This document shows positions 8,238 through 17,431 of a stretch of DNA of 64,000 nucleotides, piece after piece. This DNA is from Flavobacteriales bacterium (lineage in GTDB: Bacteria; Bacteroidota; Bacteroidia; Flavobacteriales_F; PHOS-HE28): contig JAHCIA010000001.1 in NCBI GenBank assembly GCA_026129465.1, forward strand, positions 69,964-133,963. Reading direction: 5' to 3'. The translations under genes and the position numbers were made by a program. How positions within the stretch are numbered: the first letter of the stretch is position 1; each line of letters opens with the position of its first letter. The notes below the pieces were generated by a model. That model was given only the letters and a program-made list of their open reading frames with translations, was not told the origin of the DNA and made no database searches.

Positions 8238-10376
8238 ATGTTCCGGCGATCACCGCGTCCATTTCTCCTCGCAGGCGCCCTTCTCCTCGTGGCGCCATCT
8301 TTCGCCGGCCCCCTGGACAAGGCCTTCCAAGCGCTCGAGATCAAGAACTACTTCCTTGCGCGCGAGATCTTCCTGAAGCAGTCGCGCAAGCATCCCTTGC
8401 CTTCCTGGTATGGCCTGAGCGTCATCAGTGGCCGGGCCGACAATCCCTTCTTCCAGCCCGATTCGGCCTACGCCTTCATCCAGCGTAGCGATGCGGCCTA
8501 TGGCGTGGCCAGTGAGAAGCAGCGCGCGGCCGCCGCGAAACTCGGGGTGGATGAGCAGGCGATCGCCGTGCAGCGCCACCATGTGCATGCGCTCGCGTGG
8601 GAGATCGCCAAGGCGCAGAACACCATCACCGCTTACGACCGCTATATCGAGACCCATCTCGGCAGTCCGTTCGTCGCCGATGCCACCCTGGTGCGCGATC
8701 ATCTGGCTTTCCAAGTGGCGCGCGATGCGAACACCGCGGCGGCCTACCAGAACTTCCTGGACCGCTACCCGCGCGCACGCGAGGTCTTCGAGGCACGCAC
8801 CAGGCTGCAGGAGGCCATCTACCGCGAGGCCACCGCCGATCGGGACGTCGACTCCTATGTGGGCTTCATCCGTGCGCATCCCGAAAGTCCGTGGGTGCGG
8901 CAGGCGGAGGAGGAGGTCTACCGCCTGAGCACCCCGCGCAGAACAGCGGAGGAGTACCGCCGGTTCATCGGTTCGCATCCCGGCAACCACAAAGTGTCCG
9001 ACGCCTGGCGGGCGATCTATGAGCTTTACACGCGCGATCTGAGCGTTGGCACCATCACGCGTTTCCTGCAGGAGCATCCGGAATATCCATTCGTGGAGGA
9101 ACTGGTGGACGACTACCGCACCGCGAGCATGTTCCTGCTGCCATTCCGGCGCGAAGGGAAATGGGGCTTCATCGACGATGAGGGCGTGGAACGCATCAAG
9201 GCCGAATATGAGTGGGTGGAACGATTCGAGGGCGGACAGGCGCTGGTGGGCCGCGATGGGCGCATGGGCACGATCAACCGCCAGGGCCGCGTAGTGGTGC
9301 CCATCGAGTTCGATGATGTCCTGGACCCCGCCGAGGGGACCAGCACGGTGGTGCGCGCCAACCGAGCCGGTGCGGTGGACCGCAATGGTGAGATCGTCGT
9401 GCCCATGATCTTCGAGGACGTCGGCGATCTCTCGCAAGGACTGGCCTACGCCGCACGGGAGGGTAAGTACGGCTACATCGACGCGCGTGGGCAGGAAGTG
9501 GTCCCATTCCGGTACACGTCCGCAGGCACTTTTCGCAACGGTCTGGCAGTGGTGGAGGAGGAAGGCCTGTTCGGCGTGATCGACACGCGCGGCAATGTGG
9601 TGGTGCCGCCGCGCTACGATTGGGTGGAGGGCTTCGACGGCACCGTGTCGCGCGTGCGGCTCAAGGGCCTCATGGGCATCATCAGCCCCTTCGGCGATGA
9701 GTTGATGCCTGCGGTGAACCAGCATCTGGGTCCGTTCTCCGGCGGCGTGGCCCTGGTGGTGCGCGACCGAAAGGCAGGCTACGTGGATGAGGCGGGGCGT
9801 TTCGTGGTGCCCCTACAGTATGAAGCACCCGAGGGCATCACCGGATGGGGCGATCCGACCCAAGGGCTCGCGCGTGTGCAACAGGGCGGCAAGCGCTGCC
9901 TCATCGACATGCGCAATGAGAAGGTGCTGCCCTGCCAGTACACGGAGATCGGCCCGCCCACAGGCGCTTTGGTGCCCGTGCGCAAGCGCGGCAAATGGGG
10001 CTATGCCCGCCGCGATGGCACGCTGCTGTTCGACAACCGCTATGATCAGGCCTGGGAGATGGTCGCGGGATACGCTCGTGTCCGGGCCAGCAACCTAATC
10101 GGTTTGATCGACAGCACCGGCAAAGAGGTGATCGTACCGCGGTACCGCGGCTTGCAGGAGGTCGGGCAAGGCCTTTATCAGGCCACCGGCGATCCAGGCA
10201 CCGGGCTGGTTGACCAACTGGGCCGCGAAGTGATGTCCCTGACCTACGAAAGCGTGGTACTTGAAAGCGCCCACATCGCACGTGTGGAACTGGGCGGGAA
10301 GCTGGGCTACATCCGCTTGAAGGATGGCCGCTTCATCTGGAAGGAGGAAGGCTTCGGGTCGGCCTCAGCGGATTAG
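8238..10376 (+). CDS. WG-repeat (KWG) protein with an N-terminal signal peptide and a TPR-like region.
   Basis: ATG at 8238 gives MFRRSPRPFLLAGALLLVAPSFA. The C-terminal half consists of at least 8 WG repeats of the form G(K/R)WG(F/Y)ID..G..V.P..Y. Confidence 0.6.
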   Translation: MFRRSPRPFLLAGALLLVAPSFAGPLDKAFQALEIKNYFLAREIFLKQSRKHPLPSWYGLSVISGRADNPFFQPDSAYAFIQRSDAAYGVASEKQRAAAAKLGVDEQAIAVQRHHVHALAWEIAKAQNTITAYDRYIETHLGSPFVADATLVRDHLAFQVARDANTAAAYQNFLDRYPRAREVFEARTRLQEAIYREATADRDVDSYVGFIRAHPESPWVRQAEEEVYRLSTPRRTAEEYRRFIGSHPGNHKVSDAWRAIYELYTRDLSVGTITRFLQEHPEYPFVEELVDDYRTASMFLLPFRREGKWGFIDDEGVERIKAEYEWVERFEGGQALVGRDGRMGTINRQGRVVVPIEFDDVLDPAEGTSTVVRANRAGAVDRNGEIVVPMIFEDVGDLSQGLAYAAREGKYGYIDARGQEVVPFRYTSAGTFRNGLAVVEEEGLFGVIDTRGNVVVPPRYDWVEGFDGTVSRVRLKGLMGIISPFGDELMPAVNQHLGPFSGGVALVVRDRKAGYVDEAGRFVVPLQYEAPEGITGWGDPTQGLARVQQGGKRCLIDMRNEKVLPCQYTEIGPPTGALVPVRKRGKWGYARRDGTLLFDNRYDQAWEMVAGYARVRASNLIGLIDSTGKEVIVPRYRGLQEVGQGLYQATGDPGTGLVDQLGREVMSLTYESVVLESAHIARVELGGKLGYIRLKDGRFIWKEEGFGSASAD

Positions 10377-13300
10377 CGTCAGGTGCCCCATGAGCTGCTC
10401 GTTCACCGCGCCCAGGTCCGTCACCGCGCGGTAGACCAAGCGCCACACGTAAACGCCATCGGCCACGGGTTTTCCACCGAAGGTGCCGTCCCAACCGATC
10501 GTGGGGTCGTTGGCATTGAAGATCATTTCGCCCCAACGGTCGAAGATCTCCAGGCGGTAGCTCTCCACATCACCGGCCACCAAGGGTAGGAATAGATCGT
10601 TCACGCCATCATCATCGGGCGTGAAGGCGTTGGGTACGTGGACCGCCGGTCCGCAGTCGCCGGCGATGAGTTCCACCTGGCCTTCCGCGTCCACACAGGT
10701 GCCGATGACCGAAACGGTGTAGACCCCGGGTTGCGTCGCGTTGATGGCGGGTGAGGTGGAGCCATTGCTCCAGAGGTAGGTGGCGTCACCTCCCACGGAG
10801 GCGTTCAACACGGCCGTGGCGCCGGGACAGAGGATGCGGTCCGGTCCAAGGTCGATGGCATCAATGAAGGGCAGGAAGGTCACGAGCACCGCATCGCTGA
10901 GGCCGCAGCCGTCCACCGTCAGCGTCACCGTGTATGTGCCGCCGCTGTTCACCGAGATCGATGGTGCGTCGCTGCCGTTGCTCCACAGGATGTCGGCACC
11001 TGCCGCATCCACCACCAGCTCAACGGTGTCGCCCGCGCACGCCTTCACCTCAGGCCCCAGATCGGGTTGCGGCACCACGGGCATGTGCACCACCACGGTG
11101 TCACTGGCCGTACAGGCGGCCACGGAAGCCTGCACCCAATAGGTACCGCCTTGATCGATGACGATCGAAGACGACGTGGCGCCCGTATTCCAAAGCAAGG
11201 ACGCGCCGGGCGCCTGGACGGAAAGCGTGGCCGTCTGCCCAGGACATAGTGTGAAAGGTGCGCCCAGGTCGATGGTGGCGGCCGAGAAGACGGCCACCTC
11301 GATGGTGTCCGCAGCGATGCAGCCATTGCGCTCCACCTGGACCCAATACGTGCCTGCGCCGGTGATGGTCCTGGTGCCAGAGGTACTGCCATTATCCCAC
11401 AAGTAGGAAGCGCCGGGTTGCGTCACATCAAGCGACAACGAAGCGTTCTCGCAGAGCGTGGTATCGGCACCCAAGGCCACCACGGGGCCTTCCACCGCGA
11501 TGACCGATGCGCCCACGCTGGCACTGCATCCGCTCACGGTCACGGTCACCGAAACAGCACCTGCGGTACCCGTGGTGTAGGTGGGGGCCGTGGTACCATC
11601 ATGCCACAAATAGGTACCGCCCTCCGTGGTGGCGTCGAAGACCACTTCGCTGCCCGGGCAAAGCGATTGGTCACCGCCGATGTCCACCACCGGCAACGGG
11701 GTCACCGACACATTGATCGCATCGCTGGTGGAGCAACCCTGAACCGTGGCGGTCACCGAATAATTGCCTGCGGCCGAAACTGTGATGGTGGCGCTGGTGG
11801 CACCCGTGCTCCACAGGTAGCTGGCCCCTGGCAGCGTGGCGTCCAGCACGACGGAAGATCCCGCACAGATCGAAATGTCAGGGCCAAGGTCCAGCGACCC
11901 GGGTGCGACCACCGCGATCTGGACCGTGTCGCTCACGGTGCATGGCCCTTGCGTCACCTGAACCCAATAGGTGCCAGCGGTTCCCACGGTGATCGTGGGT
12001 GTCACCGCGCCTGTGCTCCACAGGTAGGATGAACCGGGCAGGGTGGCGTCCAGGGTGATCGTTTCGCCCTGGCACAGGCTCACGTCCGGGCCGAGGTCCA
12101 CGGCGTCAGCGGTCACATAGACCACGTTGATGGCATCGGTGGAGGAGCAACCCGCAGCGTTGGTCACTGTAACACTGTAGGTGCCGCCTTGGGTCACTTG
12201 TATCGTGGGCGTTTGTGCGCCCGTGTTCCAGAGGTAGCTGGCGCCGGGTACGGTGGCGTCCAACAAGGTGGTGGCACCGGGGCACAGGGTCAGGTCGGGT
12301 CCAAGGTCCACTTGTGGCACGGGCAGAACCGTCACTTGCACCGAGGCGTCCACCGAGCAACTGCCCTGGGTCACAGTGACGCTGTATGTGCCATTGCTTC
12401 CCACGGTGATGGTGGGTGTTTGTGCGCCCGTGCTCCACAGGTAGCTGGCGCCGGGCACGGTGGCGTCCAGGACCACCGTACCGCCTGCGCACAGGGTCAC
12501 ATCAGGCCCCAGGTCCACCGGGGCCAGGGCTTGGTGCGTGATGGTCACCGCATCGCTGGCCTGGCAGCCGCTCGCGGTCACCGTTACACTGTAGTCGCCG
12601 GGCTGATCCACGGCGATCGTGGGGGTTTGCGCTCCGGTGCTCCACTGATAGCTGCCGCCGGGAACGGTGGCATCCAATACCACGGTCGTACCCGGACAAA
12701 CGCTCAGGTCAGGACCCAGGTCCACAACGGGCAACGGGTTGAAGAGCAGATCCACCGCGTCGGAAGCACTGCAACCGCCCAAGGTCACGGTCACGGAATA
12801 GGTGCCGGAAGTGGTGGCGTTGAAAGTGGGTCCGGTGCTTCCGTCCTGCCACAGGTAGCTGGCACCGGGCAAGGTGGCGTTGAGCAGCGCGGATTGCCCA
12901 GCGCATAGGGTTTGATCCGATCCCAGATCCACCACGGGCAGTGGCGCTTGATCCACTTGGATCGCGTCCGAGGAAGTGCAACCACCCACGGTGACGCTTA
13001 CGCTGTATAGGCCGGGTCCGGTCACGGTGAAGGTGGGACTGGTGCTGCCATTCTGCCAGGCGTAGGTGGCTCCCGGCGTGGTGACATCGAGTACCAGGGT
13101 CTCCCCGGTGCAGAGGGTCACATCGGGTCCCAGGTCCACCGGTGGCAAGGGGTTGTAGTTCACCGTGATCTGGTCGGACGCCGAGCAATTGTTGGCCGTC
13201 ACGGTCACCGAATAGCTGCCGGGCGCATTGACCACATAGCCGGGGCCGGTGCTGCCGTCCTGCCACAGGTAGCTGCCACCGGCCACGCCGGCATCCAGGA

Positions 13301-14132
13301 TCAGGCTCTCGCCCTGGCACAGCGTCACGTCCGGGCCCAGGTCCACAGGCGGCAGCGGTGTCACGGTCAGCGTCATCGCATCAGTGAGCACGATGGTGCC
13401 TTGCATGGAGATGTCATCCAGCCCGAAGTCGTTGCCGATGCCATCGCCGCTCATGGCGCGCAGGCAGATGTTGGCCGTGGTGAGTACCGCCGGTGAGGTC
13501 CAGGTGTGGTTGATGGTCTGCCAGCCTTGGCTGAAATTGGGCAGGGTCACCTCCGGTCCGCTGGGCACGCCATTGATCCACCACTGCAGCCGGGCTGGGG
13601 TGGCATTGCTCAAGGTGCGGGCGCGGTAAGAGAGGGTGTAGGTCTGTCCGGGGCATACCTGCACTTCCTGGCACCATACAAGGAACAGCGCGGAAAGCCA
13701 GCCGGAGTTCACCATCATGAACTGGCCGGCGCCCGTGCCGAAGAATTGCGGGTGATGGCTCGCGGCGTTGGTGCCGATCCAATAGTAGCCGTCACCGAGA
13801 TTCAGGTTGCTGTTCAGCGTGAACTCCGTGGTGAAGCCCACATTGCCCTGGCTGAAGTTGCCATTGACGACCAACTCACCGGAGGGGTAGCTCACTTGGG
13901 CGGAATACACACCACCTGTGCCCACCGTGATCGATTGCTGGTTGGAGCCGGTGTTCCAGAGGTAGCTGCTGAAGCCCGGCGGCGCGGTGAGCGTCACGGA
14001 CTCCCCCTGGCAGATGGTCTGGTCGGGACCGATGTCGATGGCGCAGATCGGCTGCGCATGGATCCGGGCCACACCCACCAGCAGGGCGGACACGCCGAGG
14101 TATCGCCACAGGTATCCGGAACAGGCCCACAT
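10365..14132 (-). CDS. Large secreted protein with 14 tandem ~75-aa Cys-containing Ig-like repeats and a gliding-motility-associated C-terminal domain (CHU_C, T9SS type B).
   Basis: The C-terminus VPNAFTPDDDGVNDLFLP...YRLEIFDRWGEMIF...WDGTFGGKPVADGVYVWRL is the CHU_C domain. The start is ATG 14132 (MWACSGYLWRYLGVSALLVGVARIHAQ); the track start at 14147 is GTG. Confidence 0.75.
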   Translation of the reverse strand: MWACSGYLWRYLGVSALLVGVARIHAQPICAIDIGPDQTICQGESVTLTAPPGFSSYLWNTGSNQQSITVGTGGVYSAQVSYPSGELVVNGNFSQGNVGFTTEFTLNSNLNLGDGYYWIGTNAASHHPQFFGTGAGQFMMVNSGWLSALFLVWCQEVQVCPGQTYTLSYRARTLSNATPARLQWWINGVPSGPEVTLPNFSQGWQTINHTWTSPAVLTTANICLRAMSGDGIGNDFGLDDISMQGTIVLTDAMTLTVTPLPPVDLGPDVTLCQGESLILDAGVAGGSYLWQDGSTGPGYVVNAPGSYSVTVTANNCSASDQITVNYNPLPPVDLGPDVTLCTGETLVLDVTTPGATYAWQNGSTSPTFTVTGPGLYSVSVTVGGCTSSDAIQVDQAPLPVVDLGSDQTLCAGQSALLNATLPGASYLWQDGSTGPTFNATTSGTYSVTVTLGGCSASDAVDLLFNPLPVVDLGPDLSVCPGTTVVLDATVPGGSYQWSTGAQTPTIAVDQPGDYSVTVTASGCQASDAVTITHQALAPVDLGPDVTLCAGGTVVLDATVPGASYLWSTGAQTPTITVGSNGTYSVTVTQGSCSVDASVQVTVLPVPQVDLGPDLTLCPGATTLLDATVPGASYLWNTGAQTPTIQVTQGGTYSVTVTNAAGCSSTDAINVVYVTADAVDLGPDVSLCQGETITLDATLPGSSYLWSTGAVTPTITVGTAGTYWVQVTQGPCTVSDTVQIAVVAPGSLDLGPDISICAGSSVVLDATLPGASYLWSTGATSATITVSAAGNYSVTATVQGCSTSDAINVSVTPLPVVDIGGDQSLCPGSEVVFDATTEGGTYLWHDGTTAPTYTTGTAGAVSVTVTVSGCSASVGASVIAVEGPVVALGADTTLCENASLSLDVTQPGASYLWDNGSTSGTRTITGAGTYWVQVERNGCIAADTIEVAVFSAATIDLGAPFTLCPGQTATLSVQAPGASLLWNTGATSSSIVIDQGGTYWVQASVAACTASDTVVVHMPVVPQPDLGPEVKACAGDTVELVVDAAGADILWSNGSDAPSISVNSGGTYTVTLTVDGCGLSDAVLVTFLPFIDAIDLGPDRILCPGATAVLNASVGGDATYLWSNGSTSPAINATQPGVYTVSVIGTCVDAEGQVELIAGDCGPAVHVPNAFTPDDDGVNDLFLPLVAGDVESYRLEIFDRWGEMIFNANDPTIGWDGTFGGKPVADGVYVWRLVYRAVTDLGAVNEQLMGHLTLIR
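10760..13380 (-). repeat. About 14 tandem in-frame repeats of ~225 nt (LGPD.TLC.G....LDA......YLW..GST.P...V...G.YSVTVT...C...D.I.V), inside the CHU_C protein gene.
   Basis: The periodicity is visible in the translation and in recurring nucleotide strings on the plus strand such as gggcccaggtccac and ctggcacag. Confidence 0.7.
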
Positions 14133-14202
14133 CAGGAACGCGCGCACAGGACAAAGTTCGGACCATTGACGGGAATGGGGCCGTCCACGTCGCCTGAGGC
14201 TA

Positions 14203-14862
14203 TCAACGGGCGATGAACACCCGGTTCACCTCCTCCAGCCGCAGTTCCTCCACCTCACCGAAGACCTGCCTCAGATGATCCAGCACACGGCCGCAGCGCG
14301 TCGCGCTGGCATCATCGTACCCAACGGTGTTGAAGAGCACGATACCGCCTATGGCACAGCGTGCGCGCAGGGCGTGGGCGAAGCCCGCCGTGTCCACGCC
14401 TCGCGCCAGGTCCAGGTCGTCGAACAGATCCACCACCACCAGGCCGAAACGCTCCGGGAGGGCATGCACCTGCACGGTGGCGTCACCGAGCACAATGCCC
14501 AGGCCTTCGATCTCATCCAACGCGAAGTGTCTTTGCGCGATATCCACCACCACGGGATCCAGTTCCACAGCGGTGATGGGCGCATCCAAGCGTAGCTCAT
14601 GGCGGAGGATATGGGGCACGCTGCCGGCGCCCAGGCCCAGCAACAGCACATCATCCGGCGGGGCGTCAGCGATGCGCGCCTGCCGGAAGGCTTCCTGCCA
14701 CACGCTGTGCAGGCTGCCAAAACTCTGGTTGGCCTCCGTGCTGTTGAGCACCTTGCGGCCGTATTCCCAGCGGATGCTGAGTGTGCCGTGCTTGCCTTCC
14801 ACGGTCTCCACCGGCATGGGGTACAACCAGCTCAGCCATCGCTTTAAGCTATCTCCGGGCAT
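14203..14862 (-). CDS. Spermidine-synthase-like class I SAM methyltransferase fold protein.
   Basis: Contains LLLGLGAGSVPHIL (glycine-rich SAM loop) ... VVVDLFDD ... GGIVLFN, typical of the spermine/spermidine synthase family. ATG at 14862 was verified. Confidence 0.5.
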   Translation of the reverse strand: MPGDSLKRWLSWLYPMPVETVEGKHGTLSIRWEYGRKVLNSTEANQSFGSLHSVWQEAFRQARIADAPPDDVLLLGLGAGSVPHILRHELRLDAPITAVELDPVVVDIAQRHFALDEIEGLGIVLGDATVQVHALPERFGLVVVDLFDDLDLARGVDTAGFAHALRARCAIGGIVLFNTVGYDDASATRCGRVLDHLRQVFGEVEELRLEEVNRVFIAR

Positions 14863-14889
14863 GCGGTAAAGATGGATCCAGAGTCGCCA

Positions 14890-16275
14890 TCACTTCCGTC
14901 TTCCTCGCAGCATCACATTGTATTTCCACCCCCCCTGGCTCGATTTGGCCTGGTAAAGCAGGAAGGTCATGCTGTCGGTATCGATCACGCTGAAGTTGCC
15001 GCCGAGGTGTTCGTTCTCCGGTGGGTGCGCATGGTCGTTCACGAATACCGGATTGTTGCGGTGCGGTCGGAAGGAGCGGCCACCATCCACCGAGAGATAC
15101 ACGCCAAGTTGTGCGTCGTCCACATTCCCGGAGCGGCCCCTGTAGGCCTGGCGTGTCACACGATGCTCCCACCAGCCGTCACGGAAGGCCATCCTGCCGG
15201 CCACCAGCAGCAGGATCGAGTCGCCACGCACTTCGATATGCGCCGGTTCCGACGTGGCCGGCGAACCGCGCCAACCCACATGATGTTCGAGCACGGGGGA
15301 TGGATGTTCGTCCCACCGCAGCAGGTCCTTGCTGGTGGCCATGCCCACGCGCTCCACGCCTTCCGATGAAAGTCCATCGAAGAACATGATGAAACCGTTG
15401 CCGTATGGCTTCACCTTGGGGTAGAAACAGGCGGAGTCGTTCCAAGTGCGAGGCAGGCCGGGGGCGATGATGGCATCGGGCATCACCTCGTATGGTCCCA
15501 GCGCGGATGATCTTGAGATGGCCAAGCCGATTTGCCGCCGCCCCACCGCATCGAAACCATCCAGGAACAGGTGCCATCGCCCCGCGTGTTGCACCAGGTC
15601 GGAGACGTAGGGTGTGCGCTCCACGCCCTGGAAGATGCCACCGTTCGCCCACGCGCAGCGTGCGAAGTCCGCACCGTGCAGCATTGGTTCCCCTTCGGCG
15701 GCCGGTTCCCAATGGACCATGTCGGAGGAAGTGGCCGCATAGACCCGCGCGGTGTTCGTGTCGCATTCGTTGAGCAACATCACCCAGCGGCCCATGGCCT
15801 GGTCGAATGCCACAGGGGCGAAGTGGACGCTCTTCCCCGCGAAGCCCGGCCACCAAGCCGGATCGATGACCGGCTTCGGGACCACGTGTCGGAAGCCGCT
15901 GGGCTCCCGGTTCCAGAATGCGACGCGCTGGCCTTTGCGCGGCAGGCCTTCACCGCGCAGCGGAGCACCCGGAACGATGACCCCGGACCTGATGGCCTCG
16001 ATCGCACGGAGATTCTCGCAGCCCGCATCGTGGTAGCGCCGCTCTTCGCCCCAGCCGATCATCCAGTGGTGCAGGTTCTCCGCCGTAATGTGGAAGTCCG
16101 GCGGAAGGTCGATGGTCATGGCTCCATACTCCGCGATGCTCTTCACCACCAGGTCCCTTCCGGTGAAATGGTTGTCCTGCTCCAGGTTGGTGATCATCGC
16201 CGGACCGTCCAACACGAAGGGAAACCGAGGCGCTTCCTCTTCCCGGCCACAGCCGGCCCAGACCACGGCGAGCAT
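14890..16275 (-). CDS. Lipoprotein, putative five-bladed beta-propeller glycoside hydrolase (GH43-like).
   Basis: Contains NGFIMFFDG, WHLFLDG and GLAISRSSALGPYEV blocks resembling GH43 blades, plus an extra C-terminal domain. The start is ATG 16275 (MLAVVWAGCG lipobox), with ATG 16341 as an alternative. The first ~145 aa of the track ORF are antisense to the cyclase gene. Confidence 0.35.
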   Translation of the reverse strand: MLAVVWAGCGREEEAPRFPFVLDGPAMITNLEQDNHFTGRDLVVKSIAEYGAMTIDLPPDFHITAENLHHWMIGWGEERRYHDAGCENLRAIEAIRSGVIVPGAPLRGEGLPRKGQRVAFWNREPSGFRHVVPKPVIDPAWWPGFAGKSVHFAPVAFDQAMGRWVMLLNECDTNTARVYAATSSDMVHWEPAAEGEPMLHGADFARCAWANGGIFQGVERTPYVSDLVQHAGRWHLFLDGFDAVGRRQIGLAISRSSALGPYEVMPDAIIAPGLPRTWNDSACFYPKVKPYGNGFIMFFDGLSSEGVERVGMATSKDLLRWDEHPSPVLEHHVGWRGSPATSEPAHIEVRGDSILLLVAGRMAFRDGWWEHRVTRQAYRGRSGNVDDAQLGVYLSVDGGRSFRPHRNNPVFVNDHAHPPENEHLGGNFSVIDTDSMTFLLYQAKSSQGGWKYNVMLRGRRK

Positions 16276-16309
16276 GGTAAGCGGTGGAAATGTGCGGATC
16301 CCCGGCGGC

Positions 16310-17419
16310 ATGCGGCAAAGTACGGGGTGCCCACGGGCCATTCGGCGGTTGGCAGCAGCGTACTTTCGCGCCCCTTTGCGCGCCATCACCCGATACAAGC
16401 TCAGGAAGGTGGCCAAGTACGGCTTGGTCACCGTGGGCGTGGCCTGGGTGCTCACCTTGTTCAGCGGCCTGCCGATCGATGCCACGCTGGGCGTTTGGGC
16501 ACTGCTGGGACTGTGGACCGGTGTGCTGGAGGAGTTCCTCTTCGGCCGCCGCTTCCGCGCTCTGGCCGTGCCTCTGCAGTTCCTGGGCAAGGTGCTCGCC
16601 GTGAATCTCTTCACCATCGCGCTCATCGCCATCACCCTGCCCATGGGATCCGGTGGCCTGCCCGTGCTGGAAGGCATGGAGGACCGCGGCCTGCTGGGCT
16701 TCCTCCGCATGGGCGGCTTCTACCAGCTGGTGCTGCGTGTGGTGGTGGTCACCTCCATCGCCATCCTGGTGGTGCAGATGGAAGAGTGGATGGGCCGGCG
16801 CATGTTCCTGGGTTTCCTGCTGGGCCGCTATGAAAGGCCCAAGACCGAGGAACGCGTGGTGCTGGCCATCGATCTGGTGGGCAGCACCTCCCTGGCCGAG
16901 CGCATGGGCGACCTGCGCTACTACCGCTTCCTGAATACCGCCTATTCGCTGATGACCGACGCCGTGCTCCGCAACGAGGCCGACATACACAAGTACGTGG
17001 GCGATGAGGTGATCATCACCTGGCCCATGCGCATCGGCGTGCGCGACCAGAATTGCCTGGACCTGTATTTCGACATCATGGAACGGATAGACGCCCACCG
17101 GGAGGTGTTGCTGCGCGACTTCGGTGAGGTGCCGCGCTACCGTTGCGCCGTGCATGGCGGCCGTGTCATCAGCGCGCAGGTGGGCCACATCAAACGCGCC
17201 ATCGACCTGAGCGGTGACGTGATGAACAGCGTGTCGCGCATGCTTGACCTGGCGCGCACCATGGACGAGGACATCCTGGTGTCCGCGCAGTTGCTGGACC
17301 GTGTGCCGGCCGCCGCGGAGCGATTCCGCATAGGACCGCAGCATGTGGTGCCCGTGAAAGGCAGGCGGCGCGAGGTGCGCGTGCACACGCTGGAGCGGAC
17401 CAGGCGGATGGAACCCTGA
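16310..17419 (+). CDS. Membrane-anchored class III adenylate/guanylate cyclase.
   Basis: An N-terminal multi-TM region is followed by a CHD cyclase domain (VVLAIDLVGSTSLAERMGD...KYVGDEVIITWP...GDVMNSVSRM). ATG at 16310 was verified. Confidence 0.7.
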   Translation: MRQSTGCPRAIRRLAAAYFRAPLRAITRYKLRKVAKYGLVTVGVAWVLTLFSGLPIDATLGVWALLGLWTGVLEEFLFGRRFRALAVPLQFLGKVLAVNLFTIALIAITLPMGSGGLPVLEGMEDRGLLGFLRMGGFYQLVLRVVVVTSIAILVVQMEEWMGRRMFLGFLLGRYERPKTEERVVLAIDLVGSTSLAERMGDLRYYRFLNTAYSLMTDAVLRNEADIHKYVGDEVIITWPMRIGVRDQNCLDLYFDIMERIDAHREVLLRDFGEVPRYRCAVHGGRVISAQVGHIKRAIDLSGDVMNSVSRMLDLARTMDEDILVSAQLLDRVPAAAERFRIGPQHVVPVKGRRREVRVHTLERTRRMEP

Positions 17420-17431
17420 CCGGTCCTGCGC

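Noticed and set aside
8250-9725. A 491-aa minus-strand ORF.
   Set aside because: Antisense to the WG-repeat protein gene, whose repeats clearly identify the coding strand.
15532-17386. A plus-strand 433-aa ORF (15532-16833) and a minus-strand 478-aa ORF (15950-17386).
   Set aside because: Antisense to the GH43-like and cyclase genes respectively. They have no domain signal and an Arg/Gly/His-rich composition.
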